A stretch of DNA of 64,000 nucleotides from an uncultured Ignavibacteriaceae bacterium (GTDB lineage Bacteria; Bacteroidota; Ignavibacteria; Tepidaquicellales; Tepidaquicellaceae): positions 413,960-477,959 of the forward strand of contig CAZCSV010000002.1 of NCBI GenBank assembly GCA_964501535.1. Reading direction: 5' to 3'. A program made the translations under genes and the position numbers. Within the stretch, counting starts at the first letter, position 1, and each line of letters opens with the position of its first letter. Below are positions 1 through 10,091 of this stretch, one piece after another. The notes beneath the pieces are model-generated. The model had not been told where the DNA came from, did not search any database, and worked only from the letters and a program-made list of their open reading frames with translations.

Positions 1-100
1 AATTTTCCGATAACTGATATGCGAAGGATATTCTATTATCCTTGTTAATTTCCAGAAATCTTATCGATTTCTCGTATAATCCTATAGTCAGCATAAATTA

Positions 101-634
101 TTATTCCACGTAAATAAATTCTTTCATGTTTTCGAATTTTTTCTTTCCAATTCCCTTTACTTTCATTATATGTTCTATTTTTTTAAACCCATTGTGAAGC
201 TCTCTGTACTTGATTATTTTTTCGGCTGTTGACTCTCCGATACCGGGTAACGTAATTAATATTTCCTTTGTAGCAGTATTAATATTAATGCTCTTCGGTT
301 TTAGATTCTCCTCTTTTTTGCTTTTCTTTTTCCCTTTGGATTTCAGAGAATCTTCTGCTGCTCTCAGCTTTAGAGTTAATTCGTTTTCATTTGCATTACT
401 TATTGAATCTTTCTGATTGGTTGAATCCATAGAAGCTGTAATCGGGCCGTCCCTGGAGAGTTTTAAAAATATATCTTCCGATTTTGAATAGTCGTAATTA
501 GATTTATCAAAACCTGAAGAAATGAATTTGATATACTTGATGCTGAATCCGGCAATAAGGACAAATATTATAAACAGAATAACTTTTGTCTCGTTTTTTG
601 TAAAACTAAAATATTTCAGGGTCTGTTTCATCAA
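101..634 (-). CDS. comEA: ComEA-family helix-hairpin-helix DNA-binding protein, membrane anchored
   Basis: 177-aa ORF. It has an N-terminal TM helix, a K/E/S-rich linker and C-terminal tandem HhH motifs (LPGIGESTAEKII ... VKGIGKKKFENM). Confidence 0.75.
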   Translation of the reverse strand: MMKQTLKYFSFTKNETKVILFIIFVLIAGFSIKYIKFISSGFDKSNYDYSKSEDIFLKLSRDGPITASMDSTNQKDSISNANENELTLKLRAAEDSLKSKGKKKSKKEENLKPKSININTATKEILITLPGIGESTAEKIIKYRELHNGFKKIEHIMKVKGIGKKKFENMKEFIYVE

Positions 635-643
635 GGTTTCACT

Positions 644-677
644 AAAAAAAGCCTACCAATAGTCTCAGCAGGCTTTT
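644..677 (-). terminator. Rho-independent terminator downstream of 702..1580
   Basis: The stem AAAGCCT/AGGCTTT (648-654 / 670-676) has a 15-nt loop. On the minus strand the hairpin is followed by a T7 run (A-run 644-650 on plus). Confidence 0.6.
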
Positions 678-701
678 AAACTATGTCTAAGACAATATTT
701 A

Positions 702-1580
702 TTATTTTTTATTGTAAGGGTAAAAGTTGTATGTCCCATTCATATTGATTTTAATATCTACTCTGATTCCCCTCAAATTTTGTCCGGCATCGTACCACGC
801 AGAGTCAATATATAAAGCTCCGAAGGTTCTTGGTGTGGAACCTTGAAATCTGCCTCTTAAATAGAAGAACCACACGGAATGACTGTAATTGTTAACATTA
901 ATGAAACTTTCTAAACCCGAATGATTTGGGAAATCCCTGTCTTCGGGTCTTATTAATCCGTCCTCTGTCCTGTATGCCGATAAAGTATCGAACTGATATT
1001 GAGTATAATCAATAGCATATCTGTTGCTAAACCAGGTCTCACGACCTGTATTTATTAAATCTAAGTTTGCTGATCTTAAAAAAACTAGAGTATCTGTCCC
1101 AACAATGGTATCCCTTACCTGTACGTCTTTATCGGTTGTATTATCAGGGACCCTGAATCCTCCGATTCCGCCTGAACGGTAAAAATATCCTGCCCAGTTC
1201 ATATCCAGGTCAATATTTCTGAATGCGAATATGTTGTTGGTTAATAATGGAACGGTAATCCATCTTGTAGTGTCATCTGATATTATTTCAATGGTTGAGT
1301 TGTAATCGATATACCCGGTTTTTGATACTGTAATATTGTATGTTCCACCAGTCAAATTTGATATAATAAATATTCCCGAGTCATTCGTTGTTGTTGTTAT
1401 GTTTACCTGGTCTAAGAAAACAGTTGCACCGGAAATTCTTGGTTGTGATGGAATAGAGGTATCGATAACCAAGCCTTTTAATATTGCAGTTCCGCTATCC
1501 GAGCTTGTTGGGCTGCAACCAGTAGTAAAGATAGAAAATATTACTACAAGTACAAATGAAACTGGTAAGAAGAATTTCAT
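702..1580 (-). CDS. Lipoprotein with CarboxypepD_reg-like domain and C-terminal domain of unknown function
   Basis: 292-aa ORF with a lipobox-like signal (FTTGCS). It contains a carboxypeptidase-regulatory-like beta-sandwich motif (GATVFL...TTNDSGIFIISNLTGGTYNITVSKTGY). Its C-terminal half is homologous to the neighbouring ORF 1684..2568. Confidence 0.7.
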   Translation of the reverse strand: MKFFLPVSFVLVVIFSIFTTGCSPTSSDSGTAILKGLVIDTSIPSQPRISGATVFLDQVNITTTTNDSGIFIISNLTGGTYNITVSKTGYIDYNSTIEIISDDTTRWITVPLLTNNIFAFRNIDLDMNWAGYFYRSGGIGGFRVPDNTTDKDVQVRDTIVGTDTLVFLRSANLDLINTGRETWFSNRYAIDYTQYQFDTLSAYRTEDGLIRPEDRDFPNHSGLESFINVNNYSHSVWFFYLRGRFQGSTPRTFGALYIDSAWYDAGQNLRGIRVDIKINMNGTYNFYPYNKK

Positions 1581-1683
1581 ATTTGTTTATTTAAATTTAA
1601 AAATTATATTCCAAATACCGAGATATTTATAAAAATACCTTAAAATAAAAGTAAATTCAAATATAAAAATTTAACACGCAAGT

Positions 1684-2568
1684 TTATTTATTAGGTATAA
1701 AATAATTTTCTCCGTTTTTATTAATTTTCACGTCAACCAGTACCATAAAGCGGTTATTTCCCGTATCAATCCAGGAAGATTTTATATATAATAGCCCGTA
1801 AATTTTTGATGAATCCGGATTTGCTAAATATCTTCCATATAAATAAAAGGGTATAACCGATTGTTCTATTAATGGAGTATAAAAATATTTTGTGTCTGAA
1901 TTTGGAAAATCAGCATCCGATAAAGGCACACTTGCACCGTAATACATTGCCAGAGTGTCGAAGTCGTATTTTGAAAAATTACCTAATGAGTTACCGAATT
2001 TTGTCCAGTAGCCCGTATACGGTTGCGGATAACTGATACTGGACATAAACTTAAACCGCAGTTTCGCATTTGCTGAATCTCTTAAATCCATATCTCTGTA
2101 AGGATTTGTAGTAGGGACAACTTTGAGATTATTTAAATCAAGATTGCTGTATGATTGAGGCGAGTCGGATTGCTGAAGCAGTAAGTCGTTTGCTACAAAT
2201 ACGCCGCTTGAGGGACTTATTTTTATGTCTTCCACTCTTAATGTGTCATATACCGATATCCATTTTGAAATTGTTAATGTAACATAATTAGTTCTTGAAT
2301 ATGTAATATTTATGAATTCACCCGTGGACTGCATATGCACGCCGGATACTACGTATCTTCCCGATGTGTCACTAATGCCGTTATTTGACGGATGGCTTGT
2401 AGAAACTGTAACACCGGCTAAAGGTGTGTTATCCCCTGCGTCGATTACTCTTCCTTTTATTATACCATACGGATAGGATGGAGCTTCTGACGGATTACTG
2501 TTACACGAAAAAAATAAAAATATTGAAGATACAATTATAAAAAATAAAACATTTAATATTTTTTTCAT
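1684..2568 (-). CDS. Lipoprotein with CarboxypepD_reg-like domain, tandem paralog of 702..1580
   Basis: 294-aa ORF with signal plus Cys (FFSCNS) and the motif GRVIDAGDNTPLAGVTVS...SDTSGRYVVSGV. Its C-terminal block LYIKSSWIDTGNN...VDVKINKNGENYF parallels LYIDSAWYDAGQN...VDIKINMNGTYNF in the neighbour. Confidence 0.7.
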   Translation of the reverse strand: MKKILNVLFFIIVSSIFLFFSCNSNPSEAPSYPYGIIKGRVIDAGDNTPLAGVTVSTSHPSNNGISDTSGRYVVSGVHMQSTGEFINITYSRTNYVTLTISKWISVYDTLRVEDIKISPSSGVFVANDLLLQQSDSPQSYSNLDLNNLKVVPTTNPYRDMDLRDSANAKLRFKFMSSISYPQPYTGYWTKFGNSLGNFSKYDFDTLAMYYGASVPLSDADFPNSDTKYFYTPLIEQSVIPFYLYGRYLANPDSSKIYGLLYIKSSWIDTGNNRFMVLVDVKINKNGENYFIPNK

Positions 2569-2670
2569 ATTATTGTTAGAAATTTCAAAAAAATATAAAT
2601 AGACGAACGGAAAAATAATTCTTTTTCAATTTTGATATTTTTTTTGTAAAAACAAAGGTAATTTTTTGGG

Positions 2671-3468
2671 TCAAAATTCAGGGTAAAAAATCCTTTTTAT
2701 CGATGCAGATTTTCCTGTTAAAACATCAATTTCACAGACAACGGCAGCAAATCTGATATCGTTCGAAGCAACTTCGTGTTTTTGTGGTGTACCGTATATA
2801 AATCTTTTTATTGAAGAATCTTTTTTCATCCCGATTACAGAGTCGTAAGGTCCTGTCATTCCGACGTCGGTAATATATGCAGTCCCTTGAGGGAGAATTC
2901 TTTCGTCGGATGTCTGTATATGTGTATGTGTCCCGAGAACAGCACTTGCTCTGCCGTCTGTATACCAAGCAAATGCAACTTTTTCCGCCGTGGTTTCTGC
3001 GTGAAAGTCCACTAATATTACTTTTGCATCTTCCTTGACTTTTTCATATACCCAGTCGAAACTCCTGAAAGGGCAGTCGATTGGTTTCATATACGTTCTT
3101 CCCTGCAGATTTAAAATACAGATTTTGAAATTCGTGCTTTGCACAGGAAATATTCCGAATCCGTGACCATATGCACCCCTGGGGTAGTTATTTGGCCTCA
3201 GCAGGTTAGACGTATCGTTTATGAACTTATGTGACTGGATTTTATCCATCGTGTGATTCCCGCCTGTCATTACATCTATCGGCAGTTCCATCAGTTTCTT
3301 CGCATCTTTTTCCAGAATACCCATTCCATCAGAAATATTTTCAGCGTTGGCAACTACAAAATTAATTTTATATTTCGTTATGAAACTTGGAAGGAGCGAT
3401 TTTACGAGATTTATTCCGGGCTCACCTATTATGTCTCCGATAAATAGAATGTTGATTTTATCTTTCAA
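2671..3468 (-). CDS. ymdB: YmdB-like metallophosphoesterase (2',3'-cyclic-nucleotide phosphodiesterase family)
   Basis: Motifs present are ILFIGDIIG, ANAEN, GNHTMD, DFHAE and GTHTHIQT. The ORF extends to an ATG at 3498. However, a TTG at 3466-3468 is preceded by GGAGGA at 7 nt and overlaps the upstream stop (TTGA), giving the usual short N-terminus. Confidence 0.8.
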   Translation of the reverse strand: MKDKINILFIGDIIGEPGINLVKSLLPSFITKYKINFVVANAENISDGMGILEKDAKKLMELPIDVMTGGNHTMDKIQSHKFINDTSNLLRPNNYPRGAYGHGFGIFPVQSTNFKICILNLQGRTYMKPIDCPFRSFDWVYEKVKEDAKVILVDFHAETTAEKVAFAWYTDGRASAVLGTHTHIQTSDERILPQGTAYITDVGMTGPYDSVIGMKKDSSIKRFIYGTPQKHEVASNDIRFAAVVCEIDVLTGKSASIKRIFYPEF

Positions 3469-3884
3469 AAATATTCCTCCGTATTGTAGCCTTTCCATTT
3501 ACAGTAATTTTGTAAATCAATCTGTGCCGACTTAAAGATTGCCGCGAATGCAACGGCATCGTCGGTATATCCTAAAAAAGGAATAAAATCGGGAATTATA
3601 TCGAAAGGATTTATGAAATACAATATTGCGGCTACAATAAGTGCAATCGTTCTCCAAGGTATGTTCGTATATGTTTTGGATTTATAATCCCTCAGCATCT
3701 GCATAGAAAGCGAAAGCTGTTTAATTAGTTTTGAAAATTTATCCAGGTTAAGTTTAGATGCTTTTTCTTTAATCTGATTTTCGTTGTTCAAAACTTCGTT
3801 AAGCTCATTATCCGATATTTTTGACGAGTCAAATTTTACCTCGTCAAAAATATCGCTGTCCGAAAAGTCGTCTTTTTGATTCAT
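3465..3884 (-). CDS. DUF1232 (YkvA-like) membrane protein
   Basis: 139-aa ORF with the signature FINPFDIIPDFIPFLGYTDDAVAFA after an acidic N-terminal region. Confidence 0.7.
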   Translation of the reverse strand: MNQKDDFSDSDIFDEVKFDSSKISDNELNEVLNNENQIKEKASKLNLDKFSKLIKQLSLSMQMLRDYKSKTYTNIPWRTIALIVAAILYFINPFDIIPDFIPFLGYTDDAVAFAAIFKSAQIDLQNYCKWKGYNTEEYF

Positions 3885-3943
3885 AATAGTCTAAAAAACA
3901 AAAATAGATTAAATTAGGGTTTAAATCAATTACTAATTGAATT

Positions 3944-5227
3944 TCATCCGCAGACCTGCTTGAATACTCTCAGGAAATTCAAACCGAGAATTTTTCTGAT
4001 TTCAAGTTCGGTGTAACCTCGCTCGACAAGCTTTCTGGTAATCAGCGGATAGCACGTGCCGTCGTATAGTTCGTTCGGTGGAGTAACTCCGCCGTCGAAG
4101 TCTGAGCCTAAACCGATATGGTCCGCACCAACAAGCTTGTATATATAATCTATATGGTCTATTAACCTGTCGAGAGGAACTCCGCCTGATAAATCTGCGG
4201 ACGATAAAAATTTCTCTCTTTCCAGATTAAACTTGATAATATCGTCCGAATTTGCATTAAAAATTTCTTGTAACTCTTTTGAATATTTCTGATATGCATT
4301 TTGTGTCCTGATAGCATCTGCGTTTCTTTCTATAAATTCGTCATAGAAGTTTACCATAATAACACCTCCGTTTTCCCCGATAGCTTTAATTTGCTCGTCT
4401 GTCAGATTTCTGTAATGTGAGCACAAAGAGTAGCAATTGGAGTGCGAGGCAATAATGGGATTTTTAGTCGTTTTTATCACGTCCCAGAAAGTCTGCTCAC
4501 CGGCGTGCGATACATCGATTATCATTCCGACTTCATCCATTCTCTTTATTACTTCGAACCCGAATGCCGTTAAACCGCCTTTTACTTTTCCGTTTGCTTC
4601 GTCTTTTGCAGAAGTTCCGATTTTATTTGAGTTATTCCAAGTGATGCCGATGTACCTTACACCTTGCTCATAAAATTCATTTATTCTGTCCAAATCGCTT
4701 TCAATCGGATTACCTCCTTCTATTCCCTTCAGACCGCAGAGCTTACCGCTCTGAATTGTTGTTATGACATCGTTATAAGATTTGGCAAATTTAAACCTGC
4801 CCGAATTCTCTTCCTCGATTTTATCGAATCTTGATATCTGGTCTTTGGAAAATTTATAGGCGCGCTTCATGTTTTCCGAATCTGTCCAGATAGCAAAAAC
4901 CTGCAGTTTGACTCCGCCCTCGAGCAGTCTGTCGAGTCCTGTTTGTGTTTTTTTGTCTTTTATGCTGAAGTCTGCACCTCTTTTGTAAACCTGATAAATA
5001 AAATCATTATGTCCGTCTACAACTATGGCATCGTAATGTAAATCATAGCAATTTACCTTAAGGTCTTTAAATTTTTTTTCAGGATTCAGGATATCATTTT
5101 GCTTTAATGAATCTTTTGAAACATTAGATTGCCCGGTTTGCTTATTAATGTTGTTCTCTTTTTTACAAAAGGAGAATGACAACAACAGCATAAATAAAAC
5201 AGGAATTAAGAGTATTTTATTTTTCAT
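3944..5227 (-). CDS. Membrane dipeptidase, peptidase family M19
   Basis: 427-aa ORF with a signal peptide. Motifs are VVDGHNDF, IDVSHAG, IASHSN and GLGSDFDGG, typical of renal-dipeptidase-like enzymes. Confidence 0.8.
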   Translation of the reverse strand: MKNKILLIPVLFMLLLSFSFCKKENNINKQTGQSNVSKDSLKQNDILNPEKKFKDLKVNCYDLHYDAIVVDGHNDFIYQVYKRGADFSIKDKKTQTGLDRLLEGGVKLQVFAIWTDSENMKRAYKFSKDQISRFDKIEEENSGRFKFAKSYNDVITTIQSGKLCGLKGIEGGNPIESDLDRINEFYEQGVRYIGITWNNSNKIGTSAKDEANGKVKGGLTAFGFEVIKRMDEVGMIIDVSHAGEQTFWDVIKTTKNPIIASHSNCYSLCSHYRNLTDEQIKAIGENGGVIMVNFYDEFIERNADAIRTQNAYQKYSKELQEIFNANSDDIIKFNLEREKFLSSADLSGGVPLDRLIDHIDYIYKLVGADHIGLGSDFDGGVTPPNELYDGTCYPLITRKLVERGYTELEIRKILGLNFLRVFKQVCG

Positions 5228-5230
5228 TTA

Positions 5231-6154
5231 TCATTGTTTGTTTAGATTTAAAAGCGGTGTAAGTTTCTGGTCATATGGAGTAATAACAATCGTGTTGTTT
5301 TTGGAATTCATTAAGTCCTTGAGAGCCTCGATATATTTCCACTGAAGGTACTGGGAATTTATAGTATTGGAAATAATCTTCTGAGCTTCGGCAATACCAC
5401 GTGCCTCGACCTGTTTTCTTTCTGCTTCCTGTTTTTCTTTTTGAAGTACATAAACCATCTGCTGTGCACGCTGCTCTGCCGCAATTTTTTCATCGATGGC
5501 TTCCCTGATTTTTTCCGGAAGCTCTACGTTACGCAATAAAACCTTTTCCAGCACAATCCCTCTTCCCTCGAATGACTTTTCCAGGTTCTTTGAAATTTCG
5601 CTTACGAAATCGTCTCTTTTTGAGGAGTATATATCTGTTGCGGGGTATTTAACGCTGATGTCCCGAAGTGCTGTTCTGGTTGCAGGGCGTACGATTTTTT
5701 CCACATAATCTGTGCCTACTGTGCGGAGCAAATTAGGGGCATCTCCTTCGCTTAATCTGTACCAAACCGTTACATCCAGTTTGAGAGATAAGCCGTCTGA
5801 AGATAATGTTATTATTGCATCGTCATTCTTCTGCTGACCTTCGTCTTTTATTCCGCTCATGGTATACGCCTGCGTCTTCACGTCGAGTTCCTCAACTTCG
5901 ACCAATGGATTGATAATATTCAGTCCGCTTCTTAACACATTTTCCTGCACGTTTCCGAAAAGTATTGTTACTCCGACATTTCCGGGTCCTATCTGAACTA
6001 GAGAGGCGAAAACAATCGCGAGGAAAATTCCGATGATAACGATGATTCTTATCGAACCGAGTATCTTTGAGAGTTGTGGGTTATCCTTTATCTGTTTGCT
6101 GGCTATTAGTAAAACAAAAAGAATAATAACCAGAAAAATAATTATTGTGAACAT
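5231..6154 (-). CDS. SPFH/band-7 (prohibitin/HflC-like) membrane protein
   Basis: 307-aa ORF with an N-terminal TM helix and an SPFH core (NVGVTILFG...DVTVWYRL...). The tail is a coiled coil rich in AEQRAQQ. Confidence 0.75.
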   Translation of the reverse strand: MFTIIIFLVIILFVLLIASKQIKDNPQLSKILGSIRIIVIIGIFLAIVFASLVQIGPGNVGVTILFGNVQENVLRSGLNIINPLVEVEELDVKTQAYTMSGIKDEGQQKNDDAIITLSSDGLSLKLDVTVWYRLSEGDAPNLLRTVGTDYVEKIVRPATRTALRDISVKYPATDIYSSKRDDFVSEISKNLEKSFEGRGIVLEKVLLRNVELPEKIREAIDEKIAAEQRAQQMVYVLQKEKQEAERKQVEARGIAEAQKIISNTINSQYLQWKYIEALKDLMNSKNNTIVITPYDQKLTPLLNLNKQ

Positions 6155-6180
6155 TTTTGTTATTTATTTAAATTAATAAA

Positions 6181-7854
6181 TTATAAATTAGCTAATATAT
6201 TGTTGTATAAATCTCTGTCTTTTAATACTTTAATGGCTTCCTGCAATTGCCTGTCGGAATCGAACGTCGCAGCAATCTGCTCGGCTTCGGTAATTATCAT
6301 TTTATTGATTTCGGATTCGATGCTTCTTTTGAGCTCTTCTTTTGCATTTTCGATTTCACCTGATTTTTCCTTCGAAATTTCACTTTCGAGCCTGTTCAAA
6401 TATTCGAAGTAATTCTGCGAGTAATTCTTTTTGCTTCCTATTTGCTTCAGCTCCTCTATTTTTTTGTCCCCCTCGGATTTGTAAAAAAAGTTTTTTGAAA
6501 CAATGAAGCTTCTAAATTCCTCGAAGATGTTATCGGTGCATTTGAATATTTTTAAATTCGGGTGGTTGCCGAGATAATAGATTGCGAATTTGAAAAACAT
6601 ATCCTTCATAAGCAAAGCCGAGTGTATTTCGCTTTCAGGCTCGAGTTTAATTTCTATATCAGGTGAAATTCCTCCGTATGCATAAACCGGTCTTCCGTTG
6701 AGAGTCTTGAACTCTGTTTGCTGGAGTGTTTCTGTGTTAAGAAATACACCGGATTTGTTTTCTTTGAAATAATTTTTTTCCTGAATCCATCTGCCCGAAG
6801 GTGTGAAGTAGCGTGATGTCGTTATTTTCAGTCGTGACTCGTTGCTTAAATCTTTAATATTCTGAACGAGCCCTTTCCCGAATGATTTACTTCCGATTAT
6901 AACCCCCCTGTCAAGGTCCTGTATCGCACCCGCCAAAATCTCCGATGCCGAAGCTGTGTTTTGATTAATTAATAAAACAAGCGGTATGTCTTTCGGGATA
7001 ATGGGATTTTCTCTTGAAAAATATTTCTTCTCCGATTCCCTGCTGTTCCCGCGTGTGGTTAAGAGTATACTGTTTTTTTCCGTAAATTTATTCAGTATCC
7101 CGATGGCCGCATCCAGCAATCCTCCGCCGTTGTTCCTCAAATCAAGTATCAGACCTTTCATGCTATTTTGTGATTTATAGGTCTTTAATACGTTTTCCAC
7201 TTCGCTTTCGGAATTACTCGTGAATCTGTCGAGTTTTATGTACAGTATTCCGTCGCTCGGTTCTCCGATATATCCCGAATAGGAAATGTTTTTCAATATG
7301 ATTTCCTGCCTTGTGAGTTCAAAATTTATTATTTCACCCTCTCTTTCGATTGTCATTTTAAGCTTTGTATCGGGTTCCCCGCGAACCAGATTTCTTACAT
7401 TTTCGAGCTTCATACCGTTTACTGAGTTATTATCTATCTGAAGAATTATATCTCCGACTCTTAAACCTTTTCTCTGTGCTTCGTATCCGTTCATTATATC
7501 GATAATTCTTATCAAGGAATCCCGCATTTCGATTGTAACGCCTATTCCTCCGTATCTGCCGGTGGTGATTAATTCTATTACGTCACGATTTTTATCGTCA
7601 TAATAGACCGTATACGGGTCGAGCGTTCCGAGCATTCCTTCGATTCCGAATCTGAAAAACTTATCGACATCTATGGCATCAACGTAATTAAGAGCAATTT
7701 CCTTATATACTTTTCCCATTATATCCATATTCCTGTTTATCTTGTCATAAATATCCGTTTCCCTTTTATAATTTGTTCCAAGCAGGAATGTAGACGATAA
7801 TATAACAGCTAAAATGAAGGGTATGATCCTGTGCGTTTTGAAATATTTTTTCAT
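6181..7854 (-). CDS. S41 carboxy-terminal processing peptidase with PDZ domain
   Basis: 557-aa ORF with a PDZ segment (GLRVGDIILQIDNNSV) and an S41 catalytic region (LDLRNNGGG ... LINQNTASASEILAGAIQD ... GKGLVQ). Confidence 0.8.
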   Translation of the reverse strand: MKKYFKTHRIIPFILAVILSSTFLLGTNYKRETDIYDKINRNMDIMGKVYKEIALNYVDAIDVDKFFRFGIEGMLGTLDPYTVYYDDKNRDVIELITTGRYGGIGVTIEMRDSLIRIIDIMNGYEAQRKGLRVGDIILQIDNNSVNGMKLENVRNLVRGEPDTKLKMTIEREGEIINFELTRQEIILKNISYSGYIGEPSDGILYIKLDRFTSNSESEVENVLKTYKSQNSMKGLILDLRNNGGGLLDAAIGILNKFTEKNSILLTTRGNSRESEKKYFSRENPIIPKDIPLVLLINQNTASASEILAGAIQDLDRGVIIGSKSFGKGLVQNIKDLSNESRLKITTSRYFTPSGRWIQEKNYFKENKSGVFLNTETLQQTEFKTLNGRPVYAYGGISPDIEIKLEPESEIHSALLMKDMFFKFAIYYLGNHPNLKIFKCTDNIFEEFRSFIVSKNFFYKSEGDKKIEELKQIGSKKNYSQNYFEYLNRLESEISKEKSGEIENAKEELKRSIESEINKMIITEAEQIAATFDSDRQLQEAIKVLKDRDLYNNILANL

Positions 7855-7858
7855 AAAA

Positions 7859-8485
7859 TTATTGTAATATTTTGCAGTTTATTTTATTGATTGTATTTAT
7901 AATCTCGTTGTGAAGAGTATCGATGCTTTTTTTTCCGTCGAGTATCCTGTATCTGCCGGAATTTAGTTTTGCAATTTTTTTGTATCCCGAAATAACTTTC
8001 TTGTAATAATATTTTTCCTTCTGCTCAATTCTATCGTGCCTTTTTCCCGATAATCTTCTTCGTTTCAGATTCTCTTCGTAATTTATATCGATTAGAAATG
8101 ACAGGTCCGGAGTAAGACCGCCTGAGGCTATTTCGTTCACATTATTTATTATTTTCAAATCTATTTGTCCGCCGTGTCCCTGGTATGCAGTCGATGAATC
8201 GTAATACCTGTCACACAAAACGATATATTTCTTTTTTAGAAGCGGCTTTATGATTTCTTCTGTCAGTTGGTGCCTCGATGCCGAAAAAAGCAAAAACTCC
8301 GTAAGATATTTCATTTTACTGTTTTCTTTATCGAGCAGGATTCCCCTTATTTTTTCCGAGATTAATGTTCCGCCCGGCTCTCTCACGAGCACAGCCTTTT
8401 TTTTATTCTTGATAAAAAAATCATACAGAAGTTTAATCTGTGTCGATTTACCGCATAAATCTATTCCTTCGAAAGTAATAAACAT
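7859..8485 (-). CDS. tmk: Thymidylate kinase
   Basis: 208-aa ORF with the P-loop FITFEGIDLCGKSTQ, the DRY motif (CDRYYDSSTAYQG) and a lid region. Confidence 0.85.
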   Translation of the reverse strand: MFITFEGIDLCGKSTQIKLLYDFFIKNKKKAVLVREPGGTLISEKIRGILLDKENSKMKYLTEFLLFSASRHQLTEEIIKPLLKKKYIVLCDRYYDSSTAYQGHGGQIDLKIINNVNEIASGGLTPDLSFLIDINYEENLKRRRLSGKRHDRIEQKEKYYYKKVISGYKKIAKLNSGRYRILDGKKSIDTLHNEIINTINKINCKILQ

Positions 8486-8590
8486 AATAAATGATATTTT
8501 ATATTCAAATTATATATTTTTTAAAGCAATTTCAAAATATAAATTTTTTGTTTATTTTAGATGTATAGAAATTGATTATTTGATTTTCCG

Positions 8591-9571
8591 TTGTTTAAAA
8601 GTAAAAATATATTGCTGATACTGCTGTTGATAATATCCCTGGCATCGGGGTATTTGTTAACCTACGTTCGATACAGCAATCAGAAAATTCTGTTCTCGGA
8701 ATTCAGCCTCGTAAAAACCGGAAATTTATTAACAATTATTTCTCTGGTAATCATTGCTTCTTTTATTATCTATAATATTGTGTCTAAAGCTAAATTTAAT
8801 GTTTCAAGCCTATATATACTTCTCTTTATTTCTATCTCCGGATTGGTATCACTCGCTGTATCAATCGGGTTTTCGGATAAAGATTATAAGCTTACTTTTG
8901 CTCTTACATTTTTAGTTTGCTTCGCTTTTGTTCTGATATCTCTGATTACGATTACATTTTCCCGCTCAAAGATGCTACATATTCTGAACAACATTGGAAT
9001 TCTGTTAATTGTTGCCCTGACGGGGTTTGCGTTTAATATTTACCAGGTATACAGTTTTAACGACGATACGGATTTATATATGTCGGGAAGCAGAAAAGCT
9101 GATGCAGGGGTAATACTCGGAGCGGCTGTGTGGGGCGGAAACAGACCTTCACCCGTACTGAGGGAAAGAATTAACAAAGGTTTTGAATTATATCAAAAGA
9201 AAATAATTCAGAAGTTCGTTCTGACCGGAGGCGGGTCTCCGAATGAACTTACAGAGGCGGAAGTAGAGAAAAATGAACTGAAAAAATACGGTGTCGATGA
9301 AAAAAATCTTATCGTAGAAGTCAAATCGAATTCGACGATAGAGCAGATTCATTTCGTGAGAGACAAGCACTACAGAAAGCATAACTGGAACAGGATAATA
9401 TTAATATCCGATAATTTTCATCTGTTCAGGACATCGGAAATATGCAAATTCAATAATATGAATGTGGATTGCATAGCTTCGGATACACCGTTGTCCACGG
9501 AAAGCCAGATAAATTTCAGCATCAAGGAAAGCGTTGCGGTTTTGTTTTTCTGGTTATTCGGGATAGGTTAG
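8591..9571 (+). CDS. DUF218 (YdcF/ElyC-like) domain membrane protein
   Basis: 326-aa ORF with a TTG start. Several N-terminal TM helices are followed by a DUF218-like core (GVILGAAVWGGNRPSPVLRERI ... LTGGG ... ISDNFHLFR). Confidence 0.65.
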   Translation: MFKSKNILLILLLIISLASGYLLTYVRYSNQKILFSEFSLVKTGNLLTIISLVIIASFIIYNIVSKAKFNVSSLYILLFISISGLVSLAVSIGFSDKDYKLTFALTFLVCFAFVLISLITITFSRSKMLHILNNIGILLIVALTGFAFNIYQVYSFNDDTDLYMSGSRKADAGVILGAAVWGGNRPSPVLRERINKGFELYQKKIIQKFVLTGGGSPNELTEAEVEKNELKKYGVDEKNLIVEVKSNSTIEQIHFVRDKHYRKHNWNRIILISDNFHLFRTSEICKFNNMNVDCIASDTPLSTESQINFSIKESVAVLFFWLFGIG

Positions 9572-9628
9572 CAACTATGTACAATTAAAAAAGATTTCAA
9601 ATTTTAATTAATTTATATACACAAATAA

Positions 9629-10087
9629 ATGCAGTCAACCAGAAGAGTTTTGAGAATTAAAGTATTGCAGGCGCTTTACGCCTATGAAATAGCGAAAGAC
9701 CCCATCGAAAAAGTAAAAAAAGATTTACTAAGCGATTTGGAGGACAAGGAAAAATACAAGTTCGCATCCGATTTGATAGACAGCGTGTTAAAGGATGTTA
9801 AGAACCTGGATGAGACAATAAAAAGTAAAATCGAAAACTGGGAATTCGAAAGAATTGCCCTCATAGACAAGCTTGTACTGAGGATTGGACTGGCTGAACT
9901 GCTTTACTTTCCTGAAATACCGCCCAAAGTCTCCATAAACGAGGCCATTGAGATTGCTAAAAGCTTCTGTACGAATCAAAGCGGAAAATTCGTGAATGGT
10001 ATACTCGATTCGATACTCATAGATTTAAAAAAGGAAAATGCCCTCGATAAACGCGGAAGGGGACTGCTTGATTTAAAGAAAAAATAA
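9629..10087 (+). CDS. nusB: Transcription antitermination factor NusB
   Basis: 152-aa ORF with RRVLRIKVLQALYAYE ... ERIALIDKLVLRIGLAELLY ... INEAIEIAK, the typical NusB pattern. Confidence 0.85.
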   Translation: MQSTRRVLRIKVLQALYAYEIAKDPIEKVKKDLLSDLEDKEKYKFASDLIDSVLKDVKNLDETIKSKIENWEFERIALIDKLVLRIGLAELLYFPEIPPKVSINEAIEIAKSFCTNQSGKFVNGILDSILIDLKKENALDKRGRGLLDLKKK

Positions 10088-10091
10088 GCCG

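Noticed and set aside
1-100. Possible partial gene at the left edge of the window
   Set aside because: The stretch is too short and I could not support any frame from 100 nt. I left it unannotated.
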